Source: Methylorubrum extorquens (GTDB lineage Bacteria; Pseudomonadota; Alphaproteobacteria; Rhizobiales; Beijerinckiaceae). From it: DNA of 32,000 bases. Below are positions 1 through 9,876 of the stretch, in pieces. Location: assembly GCA_900234795.1 (NCBI GenBank), contig LT962688.1, forward strand, positions 2,640,001-2,672,000. The letters are read 5' to 3'. The translations under genes and the position numbers were made by a program. Each line of letters opens with the position of its first letter. The first letter of the stretch is position 1. Below the pieces are notes generated by a model. The model had not been told where the DNA came from, searched no databases, and saw only the letters and a program-made list of their open reading frames with translations.

Positions 1-216
1 GCCCGGCGCCTCCCATGAATCCGAGCCGGGTGAAGACGGCCTCCCCGCGCTCGCCGACTCGGATGGCGCCACCCCGCCACGCCCCGCGCCGTCGCCCTGT
101 CCTCAGTCACGCCCGCGCCCGCCGACGCGACCCCGATCGAGGTCGCCGCGGCGAACCTCGCCCTACCCGGCTTCTCGGCCCGTCTCGATCGCGGCCCCTC
201 CGCCCTCGATCCGCAG

Positions 217-678
217 ATGACGGCGCCGGAGGCCAAGTCCCATTATGCCGACCTGATCGATCCGAATGCGATGGACCGCGAGCAGCGCTGCCTCGCCGAA
301 GCCGTCTACTTCGAGGCGCGCAGCGAGCCCGAGGAGGGCCAGGCCGCCGTCGCGCAGGTCATCCTGAACCGCGTCAAGAGCGGGCTTTATCCCTCCTCGG
401 TCTGCGGCGTCGTCTACCAGAACCGCCACCGCTTCATGGGGTGCCAGTTCTCCTTCGCCTGCGAGGGCAAGGCTTTGCGCATCACCGACGCCGAATCCTG
501 GCGCAGCGCGACCCGCGTCGCCAGCGCGGTCATCGACGGCCGCACCTATGTCAGCGAGGTCGGCGGCGCGACCCACTATCACGCCGATTACGTCCGCCCC
601 GGCTGGTCGCGCCGGCTCAAGCGCAAGGACATGATCGGCCGGCACATTTTTTATCAGCTGAAGCCGAACCAGACCTGA
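217..678 (+). CDS. SleB-family cell wall hydrolase (catalytic C-terminal part; gene probably begins upstream or off-window)
   Basis: ORF 217..678 carries [38 protein letters not shown] and [12 protein letters not shown], which match the SleB/Hydrolase_2 domain pattern. There is no signal peptide after M217. GC3-rich coding signal continues upstream in the same frame to about position 91 without any ATG/GTG/TTG. A different frame is open from the window edge. Confidence 0.75.
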   Translation: MTAPEAKSHYADLIDPNAMDREQRCLAEAVYFEARSEPEEGQAAVAQVILNRVKSGLYPSSVCGVVYQNRHRFMGCQFSFACEGKALRITDAESWRSATRVASAVIDGRTYVSEVGGATHYHADYVRPGWSRRLKRKDMIGRHIFYQLKPNQT

Positions 679-708
679 TGGTGTCTCAAAACGTCATCCC
701 ATCGACGA

Positions 709-815
709 CCTCATCCTGAGGTGCCGCGTGAGCGGCCTCGAAGGGTGTTCCAGAGGTCGCGCGAATGCTGGAGGATCCTTAGAGGCTCCGCTTCGCTCTG
801 CACCTCAGGATGAGG
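709..815. repeat. About 107-bp palindromic intergenic element (REP/MITE-like)
   Basis: Perfect 16-bp terminal inverted repeats: CCTCATCCTGAGGTGC (709-724) and GCACCTCAGGATGAGG (800-815). Imperfect complementarity continues inward (GCGTGAGCGGCCTCGAAGG versus CCTTAGAGGCTCCGCTTCGC). It lies between two convergent genes. Confidence 0.7.
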
Positions 816-851
816 GATGGATTGGAAAGAGGTGATCAGGCCAAGATTGGC

Positions 852-2124
852 TCACCGCCCCTGCCTGAGATAGTTGGCGCCGCCGATTACCAGCAGCTTG
901 TCCGAACCCCGGTCGGGCGCGAACAGGCTCAGCGCTTCGGTGCCTCCCGCCTCATCGGCAAGCGTCAGCCGGTAACCCGAGACCGTGTAGCGGCCGCTGC
1001 GCACCGGCCGTCGGCTGTGGCCTGCAACGACGGTGCCGCCGTCCATCGAGCCGCCGGTCGAGGAGAAGCCGACGCCGCCTTCGCGGGTGAAGCGGCCATC
1101 CGGCGTCAGGGCAAGCGAGTGCGTGCCGCCGACCAAGCCCATCGCGCCGCTCGATCCGAACGTGTGGCTCCACGTGCCGTCGAAGCGGTACCCGTCGGCG
1201 AAGGGCGGCACCGCGACGTAGGTGTCGCCGCCAATGGTCAGTCCCTCCTTGGTGCGGGAGAACGCGTCGCCGGACCGCGTGACGCGCCCGAACCCGTCCT
1301 CCACCTCGACCCGCTCGATGCGGTTGGCCGAGAACCAGCCGCCCTTCAGCGCGTAGGTGCCGCAGGTGGCGGGCTCGGCCCGGCAATGGGCCGCCATGTC
1401 GCCGTCGCGCGGAAGCTCCGTGGTGTAGAGGCCGCCCTTGTCGAACAGCAGCGGCTCTTGGTCGGCAGTGAAGTCCATCCCGCCGAAGGCGTTGGGGCGG
1501 AGCTGCGTCTTGGTGCGCGTGTAGAGCCCGTCGAGGCCGCCATCACCCCGGGCGGGTGCCAGAACGAGGCCGCGGTCGTCCTTGGCCGGGCGGTAGGAGC
1601 CCACCAGCGCCTCGAACCCCTTGCGGATCGGGTTCTGCTGCTCGCGTTCGAGCTGGAGGGTGAGAAGCATCAGGAAATGCTCGCTCGTCCGGGTGGCGAT
1701 CCCGATATGCCAGGCCGCCATGCGCACGCCATCGGTCGTGCGGCAGCAGCGCTGCTCGACGCGGATGCGGTGCCCGTCGAGGGTTTCGCCGGCCTTCGCC
1801 GTGAGCGGCTTCTCGCCGGGCGGCATCTGCTTGAGGCTGCGGACGAAGGCGCTGAACGTCTCGTCGAACCGACCCGAGGCCGGCTTCGGCTTGGAGACGA
1901 TCAGGAGCGCGGCGCCCTTGCGCCCGCGCGGCGTGGTCGGCTCGAACACGCGCTCGAACACGAGGCCGTCGCCGGCCTCCCGGCGTGTCCAGCCCTCGAA
2001 TATGGCGGGCAGTTCGAAGCGGGACGACTCGAGCGTCACCTCGGCGGCGCGGGTGGGGAGCCCTGCCGCGAACAGCAGGGCGAGGCCGAGCCCCGCCCCC
2101 GCCTGCGCGGCCGCGTCGCGTCAC
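852..2124 (-). CDS. Secreted hypothetical protein (apparent frameshift in the signal-peptide region; ORF-supported part is 852..2039)
   Basis: A 395-aa ORF spans 852..2039 and I recognise no domain in it. Directly upstream in the same frame is a start-less hydrophobic stretch (AGAGLGLALLFAAGLPTRAAE) bounded by a stop at 2121-2123. A GTG at 2122-2124 in the neighbouring frame encodes MTRRGRAGGG. Removing one base from CCCCGCCCCC (2091-2100) joins them into a classic signal peptide, MTRRGRAGGGGLGLALLFAAGLPTRAAE. That GTG lies 1 nt after the pgm stop codon. Confidence 0.6.
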
Positions 2125-2125
2125 G

Positions 2126-3839
<1,714 letters not shown>

Positions 3840-3861
3840 TCAGTATCGTCGGACGCGGCGA

Positions 3862-4542
3862 TCAGCCGTCGGAGCCAAGGCGGACCTTTACCACGGCCGG
3901 GTTTTCCCGCAGGCGCTCGGCGATGGCCGCGACGCTCGTCTGCGAGAGCCGGACGAAGGCGATCGTCACCTCCTCCAACCCCTCCTCCGCGCCGGGCCGC
4001 ACCACGAACTGGCGCACCCGCGAGGCCCGCTCACCGGTGGCGTCCTGCAGCGTGTCGATCGAGAGGCTGCCGGCCTTCACCGTGAGTTGGAGCGTGTGGG
4101 TGCGCATCCGGTCGCGCCAGCTTTCCTCGATCGGCTTCACGCCCGCGAGGATGCCGACGACGAGGATCGTCGCGGCGATGCCAGCCACGTAGAGGCCGCC
4201 GCCGACCGCGAGGCCGATCGCCGCCACCGCCCACAGGCTCGCGGCGGTGGTGAGCCCCTTCACCACCTCGCCGCGCAGGAGGATCGTGCCCGCGCCGAGA
4301 AAGCCGATGCCGGAGACGACCTGCGCGGCGATGCGCGAGGGGTCGAGGGTCACGTTCTTCTGTCCGAGCACGTCGGAGAAGCCGAAGGCCGAGACGATCA
4401 TGAAGAGGCAGGCGCCGACGCAGACCAGCATGTGCGTGCGCAGGCCCGCGGCCCAGAGCAGCCGCTCCCGCTCGAAGCCGATCACGCTGCCCATCGCGCC
4501 TGCGAGCACGAGGCGCGCCACCATCTCTGCGTTGCCGAGCAT
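3862..4542 (-). CDS. MgtC/SapB family membrane protein
   Basis: The translation contains GSVIGFERE, GLRTHMLVCVGA and SGIGFLGAGTIL, followed by a soluble C-terminal domain, as is typical of MgtC. I chose the internal ATG at 4542 because a strong SD (GGGAGGAG) sits immediately upstream. The longest ORF extends to 4599. Confidence 0.8.
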   Translation of the reverse strand: MLGNAEMVARLVLAGAMGSVIGFERERLLWAAGLRTHMLVCVGACLFMIVSAFGFSDVLGQKNVTLDPSRIAAQVVSGIGFLGAGTILLRGEVVKGLTTAASLWAVAAIGLAVGGGLYVAGIAATILVVGILAGVKPIEESWRDRMRTHTLQLTVKAGSLSIDTLQDATGERASRVRQFVVRPGAEEGLEEVTIAFVRLSQTSVAAIAERLRENPAVVKVRLGSDG

Positions 4543-4683
4543 CGCTCCTCCCGATTCAGGCGTGCCACGGAGATTGCGCCCGGTGCTCTCGTCACGCAAC
4601 GCGAGCCCGCGCCTTGACGCCTCGCCGGGCGCGGGTCCAATGCGGCGCGCATTCCAGAACCGTCAGCCGCTCGTGGGCCGTCG

Positions 4684-5574
4684 ATGCCGCCGCTTCTCGC
4701 CCTCCCCTTCCCGGCCATCGATCCGGTCGCGGTCTCGATCGGACCGGTCGAGATCAAGTGGTACGCCCTGTCCTACATCGCGGGGCTCGTCGGCGGCTGG
4801 TTCTATGCGCGCCGGCTCGTCGCCGCGGATTCGCTCTGGGGCGTGGTCAGGCGCCCGACGCTCGCCGACATCGACGACCTGATCGTCTGGGTCGCGCTCG
4901 GCGTCGTGCTCGGCGGGCGGATCGGCTACGTGCTGTTCTACAACCTGCCGCTCTATCTCGATCACCCGATGGAGATCCTGGCGATCCGCAACGGCGGCAT
5001 GTCGTTCCATGGCGGATTCCTCGGGGCGATCCTGGCGCTGCTGCTCTTCGCGCGGTCACGCGGCCTCAACGGCTACACCATGCTCGACATCGCCGCGGTG
5101 GTAGTGCCGGTGGGCCTGTTCTTCGGGCGCATCGCCAACTTCGTGAACGGCGAATTGTGGGGCCGGGCCGCGCCGGACTTCCCCTACGCCGTCGTCTTCC
5201 CCACCGGGGGCGACGTGCCGCGCTACCCGAGCCAGCTCTTCGAGGCCGCCACGGAAGGCTTGCTGCTGTTCGTGGTCATGGCGCTCGCCGTGCGCCGCTT
5301 CGGCTTCCGCAAACCGGGGCTGCTCGGCGGCATCTTCGTCCTCGGCTACGCGCTGGCGCGGACCTTCTGTGAGTTCTTCCGCGAGCCGGACCGGCAGCTC
5401 GGCTTTCTGTTCGGGCAGGACGTCAACGCCCTCGGCGGCGGCGTGACGATGGGGATGCTGCTCTGCGTGCCGATGGCGCTGGTCGGGCTCGTCTACATCG
5501 TCCTCGCCGCCCGCGGGGTGACGCGGCCCCGGAAGAGCGGGCCGGAGATCCAGGCCGAAGCGGGACAGATCTGA
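4684..5574 (+). CDS. lgt: Prolipoprotein diacylglyceryl transferase
   Basis: A 296-aa polytopic membrane protein with WYALSYIAG, GGRIGYVLFYN, GGMSFHGG, FGRIANFVNGELWG and YPSQLFEA, which are Lgt signature blocks. Confidence 0.9.
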   Translation: MPPLLALPFPAIDPVAVSIGPVEIKWYALSYIAGLVGGWFYARRLVAADSLWGVVRRPTLADIDDLIVWVALGVVLGGRIGYVLFYNLPLYLDHPMEILAIRNGGMSFHGGFLGAILALLLFARSRGLNGYTMLDIAAVVVPVGLFFGRIANFVNGELWGRAAPDFPYAVVFPTGGDVPRYPSQLFEAATEGLLLFVVMALAVRRFGFRKPGLLGGIFVLGYALARTFCEFFREPDRQLGFLFGQDVNALGGGVTMGMLLCVPMALVGLVYIVLAARGVTRPRKSGPEIQAEAGQI

Positions 5575-5576
5575 GC

Positions 5577-6662
5577 GTGAGCCCCGAGGCGACGCCGCTG
5601 CTGGCGATCCTGGCGCGGGAGATCCGCGCGAGCGGGCCGCTCGGCCTCGACCGTTACATGGCGCTCTGCCTCGGGCATCCGCTTCACGGCTACTACGCCA
5701 CGCGCGATCCCTTCGGCCGGGGCGGCGATTTCGTCACCGCGCCGGAGATCAGCCAGATGTTCGGCGAGCTGGTCGGCGCCTGGGCCGCGGCGGTGCTGGC
5801 GATGATGCCGGCGACGGGCGTGCGTCCCTGCCTCGTCGAACTTGGGCCCGGTCGCGGCACGCTGATGGCCGACGCGTTGCGGGCCCTGCGCGCGGCCGGC
5901 AGCGACTTCGAACTGCACCTCGTGGAGACCAGCCCGGTCTTGCGCCGGCTCCAGGCGGAACGGCTCGCCGACGCCGCGCCGACCTTCCACGACTCGGTGG
6001 CGAGCCTGCCCGACGCGCCGCTCCTCGTCATCGCCAACGAGTTCTTCGACGCTCTTCCCGCCCGTCAGTTCGTCCGGACGGAGCTTGGATGGTGCGAGCG
6101 CCGCGTCGGCCTCACGCCGGACGGCGACGCCCTGGCCTTCGGCCTCGACCCGGAGCCCGATCCGCGTCTCACCGCGGAAGCGACGGCGGGCGCGGTGCTG
6201 ACCCTGCCGAGCCAGGGGCTCGCCGTGATGCGCGATCTCGCCCGCCGTCTCGTCGCGCGGGGCGGCGCCCTCCTCGCGATCGATTACGGACACGACCGGC
6301 CCGGCTTCGGCGACACGTTCCAGGCGGTGGCCGGCCACCGCTTCGCTGACCCGCTCGTCCGGCCCGGCGAGGCGGACCTGACGCTGCACGTCGATTTCGG
6401 CGCGCTGGCCCGCGCGGCGGCCGCGGAAGGCGCCGCCCTGCACGGCCCCGTGACGCAGCGCGATTTCCTGCTGGGGCTCGGCCTCGCGATGCGCGCCGAG
6501 CGGCTGAAGGCGCGCGCGACGCCGGATCAGGCGCAGGCGGTCGACGCCGCCGTCCTCCGCCTGACCGACCCGGACCCGCGCGGCATGGGCGCCCTGTTCA
6601 AGGTGCTGTGCGCCAGCCACCCCGCGCTCGGACCGCTTCCGGCGCTCCCACCCCCGTCCTGA
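5577..6662 (+). CDS. Class I SAM-dependent methyltransferase, MidA/NDUFAF7 (DUF185) family
   Basis: The motifs YYATRDPFGRGGDFVTAPEISQMFGE, ELGPGRGTLMAD and ANEFFDALP match the MidA family. The GTG start lies 2 nt after the lgt stop. The lgt-midA-pgeF order is common in Hyphomicrobiales. Confidence 0.8.
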   Translation: MSPEATPLLAILAREIRASGPLGLDRYMALCLGHPLHGYYATRDPFGRGGDFVTAPEISQMFGELVGAWAAAVLAMMPATGVRPCLVELGPGRGTLMADALRALRAAGSDFELHLVETSPVLRRLQAERLADAAPTFHDSVASLPDAPLLVIANEFFDALPARQFVRTELGWCERRVGLTPDGDALAFGLDPEPDPRLTAEATAGAVLTLPSQGLAVMRDLARRLVARGGALLAIDYGHDRPGFGDTFQAVAGHRFADPLVRPGEADLTLHVDFGALARAAAAEGAALHGPVTQRDFLLGLGLAMRAERLKARATPDQAQAVDAAVLRLTDPDPRGMGALFKVLCASHPALGPLPALPPPS

Positions 6663-6702
6663 ACCCTCCTGCCTGAGCCCTCCTGAAAGAGCCTGCGAGA
6701 CC

Positions 6703-7470
6703 ATGTTCATCGAAGCGCCCGAGCTCAGCTCGCACTCTTACATTCGGCACGCTTTCTTCACCCGGCAGGGCGGCGTCTCGGAAGGGCTCTACGCCTCGCT
6801 GAATGGCGGGATCGGCTCGAACGACGATCCGGCACGGGTCGCTGAGAACCGGGCGCGGATGTGTGCGCAACTCGGGCTCCCGTGCGAGAACCTTGCCAGC
6901 CTCTACCAAGTGCATTCGGCCGAGGTCGTGACCGTCGAAGCGCCCTTCCCTCTGGCCGAGCGTCCGAAGGCGGACGCCATGGTCACGCGGGTGCCCGGCC
7001 TCGCGCTCGGCATCGCCACGGCCGATTGCGGTCCGATCCTGTTCGCCGATCCGGAGAATCGCGTCGTCGGCGCGGCCCATGCCGGCTGGAAGGGCGCGCT
7101 CGGCGGTGTCGTCGAGGCGACGGTCGCAGCCATGGAAGCGCTCGGCGCCGAACGCCGCAGCATCGTCGCCGTCCTCGGGCCGACGATCGCCCAAGCCTCC
7201 TACGAGGTCGGCCTGGACTTCATGGAGCGCTTCCGGGCCGAGGTGCCCGATTGCGAGACGTTCTTCGAGGAAGGGCGGCCGGGCCACGCGCAGTTCGATC
7301 TACCGGGCTTCATACTCGAGCGATTGGCCCAGGCCGGTATCGGCGAGGCGACCGCGCTCGGCTTGTGCACCTATGCCGATCCCGAGCGGTTCTACAGTTT
7401 TCGTCGCACCACGCACCGTAACGAACCAGATTACGGGCGCCTCATCTCGGCGATCGCCTTGACGCCATGA
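6703..7470 (+). CDS. pgeF: Peptidoglycan editing factor PgeF (YfiH / laccase-domain, polyphenol oxidase family)
   Basis: The motifs HAFFTRQGGVS, QVHSAEVV, ADAMVT, TADCGPILF and AHAGWKG are typical of the YfiH/PgeF family. Confidence 0.85.
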   Translation: MFIEAPELSSHSYIRHAFFTRQGGVSEGLYASLNGGIGSNDDPARVAENRARMCAQLGLPCENLASLYQVHSAEVVTVEAPFPLAERPKADAMVTRVPGLALGIATADCGPILFADPENRVVGAAHAGWKGALGGVVEATVAAMEALGAERRSIVAVLGPTIAQASYEVGLDFMERFRAEVPDCETFFEEGRPGHAQFDLPGFILERLAQAGIGEATALGLCTYADPERFYSFRRTTHRNEPDYGRLISAIALTP

Positions 7471-7866
7471 GGGTTTTTCTCGGGATCTCACAAAAGTCGT
7501 TGCATCCGTGCAACGCTGGTTGTGCAGGTGCCTACGTTCGGGCTTTTGTGCGCGGAAGCACTCGCATCCCGCACTGCATCCATCGTAAGCCTTTTCCCGT
7601 CGCGGAACGCCGTGGTTGCATCCCTGCGACAATCTGTCCGGAAGCGTAGCCAAAAAAAGCTCGGCCGTATGTGAACCTTGGCCGTTCGGCAGCGTTTCCC
7701 GAATGGAACGACGGCGGACGAAGACCACCGCCACAAAGGGGCCGCCTTCGAGACGGTCGGCGTGGTCAAGCCGCAACAGCATCTTCCGAGATGCTGGCAT
7801 AGATACGGGGCACCGTGCCGCCTCGCTTCTTCGGAAGCATCGGTACAGTCAGAGAGGACCAGAGTA

Positions 7867-8739
7867 ATGAAATCCTTCCTTCGCGCCGGCACGGCCATCG
7901 CCGGCATCGCCTTCGCCGGTTCGGCGCTCGCCGCCGACCTCCCGCGCCGCGCGGCTCCGCCGCCGGTGTTCCAGCCGGTGCCGGTGTTCACCTGGACGGG
8001 CTTCTACGCCGGTTTCAACGCCGGTTACGGCTTCGGCACCCAGGATGACCGCGTCCCGACCGTGATCGGCGTCGGCCCGGCCTCCCTGCTCGTGCCCCCG
8101 GGCACCACCGCCGTGGTCGCCTTCAGCAACCGCGAGTCCAACGAAGGCTTCGTCGGCGGCGGTCAGATCGGCTACAACTACCAGTTCACCCCGGGCTCCG
8201 GTGTCGTGATCGGTGTCGAGGCCGACGCCCAGTACGCCGATTTCGGCCGTGACCGGAACCGCTTCCTCTCGACCAGCCCGCTGGCCGCCCAGCAGGTGTT
8301 CAACCCGGGTGGTCTGTCCGGCCTCGACTTCTTCGGCACCGTCCGCGGTCGCCTCGGCTACGCCTTCGACCGCACCCTCGTGTACGGCACCGGCGGCTTC
8401 GCCTACGGCTCCGGCGGCGGTCGTGAGTTCGGCACCGGCGTGTCGAGCAACGACTTCCAGACCGGCTGGGCCGCCGGTGGTGGTATCGAGTACGCTCTCC
8501 CGACCGACTCGTTCCTGAACTTCTTCAAGTCTTCGGCCGTGACGCTGAAGGTCGAAGGTCTGTACGTGAACCTCGATCGCGGCACCGGCGGCCGTGGCGC
8601 CTTCGCGACGGACAACCAGGGCCGTACGGTCTCCATCGGCAGCCCGGGCACCGTGCTTGTCAGCGGTGGCCAGCAGGTCCGCGACACCGAGTTCGCCGTC
8701 GTCCGCGCTGGCCTGAACTACAAGTTCGGCTCGTACTAG
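7867..8739 (+). CDS. Outer-membrane beta-barrel (porin-family, Omp25/Omp31/RopB-like) protein
   Basis: I chose the ATG at 7867, which has the SD GAGAGGA upstream. The signal peptide is MKSFLRAGTAIAGIAFAGSALAAD. Alternating aromatic/Gly beta-strand motifs are present (WTGFYAGFNAGYGFG, GGGIEYAL), and the C-terminus reads AGLNYKFGSY. The ORF-track start at 7678 is an upstream extension that I do not believe. Confidence 0.8.
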   Translation: MKSFLRAGTAIAGIAFAGSALAADLPRRAAPPPVFQPVPVFTWTGFYAGFNAGYGFGTQDDRVPTVIGVGPASLLVPPGTTAVVAFSNRESNEGFVGGGQIGYNYQFTPGSGVVIGVEADAQYADFGRDRNRFLSTSPLAAQQVFNPGGLSGLDFFGTVRGRLGYAFDRTLVYGTGGFAYGSGGGREFGTGVSSNDFQTGWAAGGGIEYALPTDSFLNFFKSSAVTLKVEGLYVNLDRGTGGRGAFATDNQGRTVSIGSPGTVLVSGGQQVRDTEFAVVRAGLNYKFGSY

Positions 8740-8750
8740 GACCCGGATCT

Positions 8751-8776
8751 CCGGCGGTCCCTTACCGGACCGCCGG
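8751..8776 (+). other. Perfect 10-bp stem hairpin just after the OMP stop
   Basis: CCGGCGGTCC (8751-8760), loop CTTACC, then GGACCGCCGG (8767-8776). No U-tract follows. It sits in tandem with the terminator at 8787-8817. Confidence 0.5.
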
Positions 8777-8786
8777 ACCTCCTGTG

Positions 8787-8817
8787 AAAAAGCCCGGCTT
8801 CGCGCCGGGCTTTTTTT
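8787..8817 (+). terminator. Rho-independent terminator (A-tract/stem/T-tract, potentially bidirectional)
   Basis: AAAAAGCCCGGC, loop TTCGC, then GCCGGGCTTTTTTT. This is an 8-bp GC stem followed by T7, about 50 bp after the OMP stop. Confidence 0.85.
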
Positions 8818-8914
8818 ATGGCCGTTCGGCGCACCGTCGCGGATGCCGGTCGGCCGTTCGCGCGCGGGTAATCGACGCGAGACCCCTGACAAAAGCTCGG
8901 CTGGTCCCCATCTC

Positions 8915-9021
8915 CTAGAGCGCATTCGGACGAAGTGGTCACCGGTTCGTCGAACGAATGCGCGTCGAAACGAAGACCTAGAGACGACGGCCTGATGTGA
9001 TCAGGTCGGATACGGCTCTAG
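8915..9021. repeat. Composite hairpin repeat (GTGGTCACCGG-core hairpin plus a CCGTATCCGACC module)
   Basis: The nested inverted repeat at 8920-8963 is GCGCATTCG-GACGAA-GTGGTCACCGG-TTCGTC-GAA-CGAATGCGC. The segment at 8989-9018 is 24/30 identical to the reverse complement of 29971-30000. CTAGAG / CTCTAG ends lie at 8978-8983 and 9016-9021. Confidence 0.65.
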
Positions 9022-9067
9022 CCGCCGCGCGGTCACGGTGCCGTCGGCGCCTCAGGGAGACGGCTCC

Positions 9068-9796
9068 ATGAACAGCGAAGAACGCGACATCATCAACGGC
9101 ATCTTCCAGCGGCTCGAACAGGCGTCCGGACAGGCCCGCGACGCCGATGCGGAGCGCTTCATCGCCGAGAAGCTTCGCAACCAGCCCTACGCGCCCTACG
9201 CCATGGCGCAGCTCATCTACGTGCAGGAAGAGGCGATCAAGAGCCTCAACCAGCAGCTCGAACAGGCCCGCGAGCAGGCTCAGTCTCAGCCGGCCGGCGG
9301 CGGTGGGTTCCTGTCGAGCATCTTCGGCGGCGGACAGCGTTCCGAGCCGCAGCGTCCCGGCGGGCAGGCTTGGGGCCAACAGGGCGGCTACGGCCAGCAA
9401 GGCGGGTATGGTGGTCCGCAGGGCGGCCCGCAGCAGGGCTATGGTGGCGCTCCGCAAGGCGGACCCTGGGGCGGCCAGCCTCAGCAGCCCGCACGCGGCG
9501 GCTTCCTTGCCACGGCCCTGCCGATGGCGGCGGGCGCAGCGGGCGGCATGCTGCTCGGCAGCGCGCTCTCCAATGCCTTTGCCGGCGGACACTCCCAACT
9601 CGGCAGCGCTTCGGCGGCGGGTTTGACCGGCGGTGAGACGGGTGGCGGCATGTTTGGTGGCGGCGGCGGCGATCAGGATCTCGGGTCGGCGCTCGGCGGC
9701 AGCGATGGCGGCTTCCAGGACGCCTCGTTCGGCGGCGGTGGCGGCGATGATTTCGGCGGCGACCTCGGCGATGGCGGCGACGACGACTGGGCCTGA
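9068..9796 (+). CDS. DUF2076-family protein with Gly/Gln-rich low-complexity centre and acidic tail
   Basis: The N-terminus MNSEERDIINGIFQRLEQA...ERFIAEKLRNQPYAPYAMAQLIYVQEEAIK matches my memory of DUF2076. The ATG at 9068 is preceded by GGGAGA. The rest is GGYGQQGGYG-type low complexity followed by a short hydrophobic segment. Confidence 0.7.
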   Translation: MNSEERDIINGIFQRLEQASGQARDADAERFIAEKLRNQPYAPYAMAQLIYVQEEAIKSLNQQLEQAREQAQSQPAGGGGFLSSIFGGGQRSEPQRPGGQAWGQQGGYGQQGGYGGPQGGPQQGYGGAPQGGPWGGQPQQPARGGFLATALPMAAGAAGGMLLGSALSNAFAGGHSQLGSASAAGLTGGETGGGMFGGGGGDQDLGSALGGSDGGFQDASFGGGGGDDFGGDLGDGGDDDWA

Positions 9797-9825
9797 TCTC
9801 GCCCGCACGTCCTGAATGTTTGCAA

Positions 9826-9865
9826 AGCCCGGCGCCGTCCCCCACGGCACCGGGCTTCTGCTTTT
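9826..9865 (+). terminator. Rho-independent terminator between convergent genes
   Basis: AGCCCGGCGCCGT, loop CCCCC, then ACGGCACCGGGCT. This is a 13-bp stem with one mismatch, followed by TCTGCTTTT. Confidence 0.7.
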
Positions 9866-9876
9866 GTAAGTTGACG

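Noticed and set aside
6651-6655. A C5 run three codons before the MidA-type methyltransferase stop. Removing one C would read through into the pgeF frame and fuse the two genes.
   Set aside because: The present reading gives a normal-length protein ending ...LPALPPPS, and pgeF has its own ATG. I know of no MidA-PgeF fusion, so there is no reason to invoke an error here.
7679-8863. GGCCGTTCGGC-like 11-mers on both sides of the OMP gene (7679-7690, 8820-8830, 8851-8863), suggesting flanking direct repeats.
   Set aside because: Many exact 11-mer pairs are expected by chance in 32 kb of biased GC-rich sequence. There is no extended similarity around them and no mobility gene.
9290-9790. The Gly/Gln-rich repetitive region of the DUF2076 protein (GGYGQQGGYGGPQGG...), which could be mistaken for a DNA tandem repeat or a CRISPR-like array.
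   Set aside because: This is degenerate low-complexity coding sequence in frame within a conserved-N-terminus protein. It has no regular repeat-spacer periodicity.
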